A stretch of 64,000 nucleotides of DNA from Malacoraja senta (Eukaryota): positions 8,806,001 through 8,870,000 of the forward strand of contig CM075990.1 of assembly GCA_038087875.1 (NCBI GenBank). Reading direction: 5' to 3'. The notes under the pieces are model-generated. The model saw nothing but the letters and a program-made list of their open reading frames with translations. It was not told where the DNA came from and did not search any database. Position numbers and translations under genes: made by a program. Every line of letters starts with the position of its first letter. Position 1 is the first letter of the stretch. Positions 62,538 through 64,000 of the stretch are shown here, piece by piece.

Positions 62538-63350
62538 TGGTACAGTGAAATTTGAGTTACCATAAAGCCATATGAATAAAAAGAACACAATACACAATAG
62601 AATTTAACATAAACATCCACCACACAGCACCAACAACTGTGATGGAAGGCAACAAAATTCAGTAATCTTCCTCTTTGTTCACCCGTGGTCGGGGCCTAAA
62701 ACCATCCACAGTCGCCACTACGGACGGCCCAATGTACAGGCCCTCTTGCCGGGATGATCGAAACTCCGGCGTCGGAACGGATCGGAACACACTCAGCGGC
62801 TTGGAGTTTCTGAACCGGACGCTTCTTACCGGAGACCGCGGCTTCCGAAGTCCACAGGCCGAGCTGGGCGGAGCTCCAACACTGGCGATCCTCGGCAAAA
62901 GATCCTAGGCCTCCACGATGTTAAAGTCAGTTCTGCGCCCGTGGCTAGAAGCTCCGCAGACCACAGCTCCACGGTGTTAATGTCAGCAGGCCCCGCTGGA
63001 CCGAGTTCCAACACTGGCGATCCTCGACAGGATCCCAGGCTCCGCGATGGTAATTCAGCGCTACGCCTGCTGCTGAAGCTCTGGGCCGGTCTCCGGTAGG
63101 AAAGGCCGCACCAATCCAGTTGGTAGGCCTCGAGGGGGGGAAAGGAGCGACATGGAGAAAAGACGCATCTCCGTCCAGGTAAGTGACTGAAAAACGTTTT
63201 CCCCCTATTCCCCCCCACCACCCCCCCCCCCCCACATAAGACATACTGAGAAACATTAAAACATACAATTAGATGCACTAAAAATAACAAAAAAGGCGAA
63301 AGGACAGACGAGCTGTTGGCGAGGCAGGCACGGCAATGGCGCCACCAGAT
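62538..63350 (-). mobile_element. Non-coding GC-rich retroelement with a LINE-like 3' end; related to the Helitron host element at 28478-29860
   Basis: Shared 3' sequence GTGGTGGAT..TGTTAAAT..TATTGTGTATTGTG..ATTTCACTG; internal diverged direct repeat. Confidence 0.5.
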
Positions 63351-64000
63351 GGATGAACATCCATAGGCGTTGTTTCGGGTCGAGACCCTTCTTCAGACTG
63401 ATTGTAGGGGAGGATGGAAGAGATTTGGAAGGGAGGATAGGAAGGACAAAGACAAATGAATAATGTGTTGCCTAGTTACTAGCAGTTTCAGCATTCCATG
63501 TCATCCTTAAAGAGCACCTTAAAGAGGCCTTTAATTAATTTCTTATGAAGTATTAATGGTTCATGTGTAAAGTATTAATTATTAAGTAATAACTATTAAC
63601 ACAGGAAGAAGCTGTGTTTACTGAGTGTGGAAAATTAAGAACCGCTTTAGTAACACAGATGAGTAATTCTTTAGCGAGAAATGTCAGGCTAATGTATGAT
63701 CAGGATAAAGGTGACTAAGTTAGGGTGATCTAACAGCATTTGAGATCAGATCTGGATATTTGATTGTAAATTTCAAAGTCAATGTGATCTCATTCAGATA
63801 GAGCAACCACTGCAAGAACATGCTCACATTCAAAGTGGGAAATTATTCATCCATTTGCCTTTTAAAATTGATAGGTTCATTTTTCGGACCTGCACCGAGT
63901 CCTGAATGAATATCAAGGTCACAGGAATTGAACTAGATCTTACAGAGAGCCAGCACCAGCTTGATAGGCCGAATAACTGTCATCTTCAGTGATTTTGGAG

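Noticed and set aside
22740..64000. Numerous 60-150 aa ORFs as host genes
   Set aside because: Most overlap SINE, Penelope or CR1 fragments; none resembles a host protein I recognise

Overview
Repeat-rich vertebrate genomic DNA, very probably an elasmobranch (ray/skate/shark) given many HE1-type SINEs and CR1/HER1-type LINE ends. I recognise no host protein-coding gene, so this looks like a gene desert or large intron. The first 17 kb is a nested stack: an L1 3' end, a decayed DIRS-like retrotransposon, and a Tx1-clade LINE sitting in a (GA)n microsatellite. The stack is partly tandem-duplicated, and a young Ty3/Gypsy element with identical LTRs has inserted into the second Tx1 copy. The rest holds CR1, Rex1/Babar, L2/Crack and L1 fragments (one with a twin-priming inversion), PIF/Harbinger MITEs, a non-autonomous Helitron with two 5' ends, and a solo LTR. 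The most notable signal is a large set of short Penelope-derived inserts carrying a hammerhead-ribozyme-like motif (CTGANGA-hairpin-GAAAC-GTC). Some have 14-bp target duplications, and one locus has a five-unit tandem array of the motif. All comparisons were made by eye; boundaries of decayed repeats are approximate.
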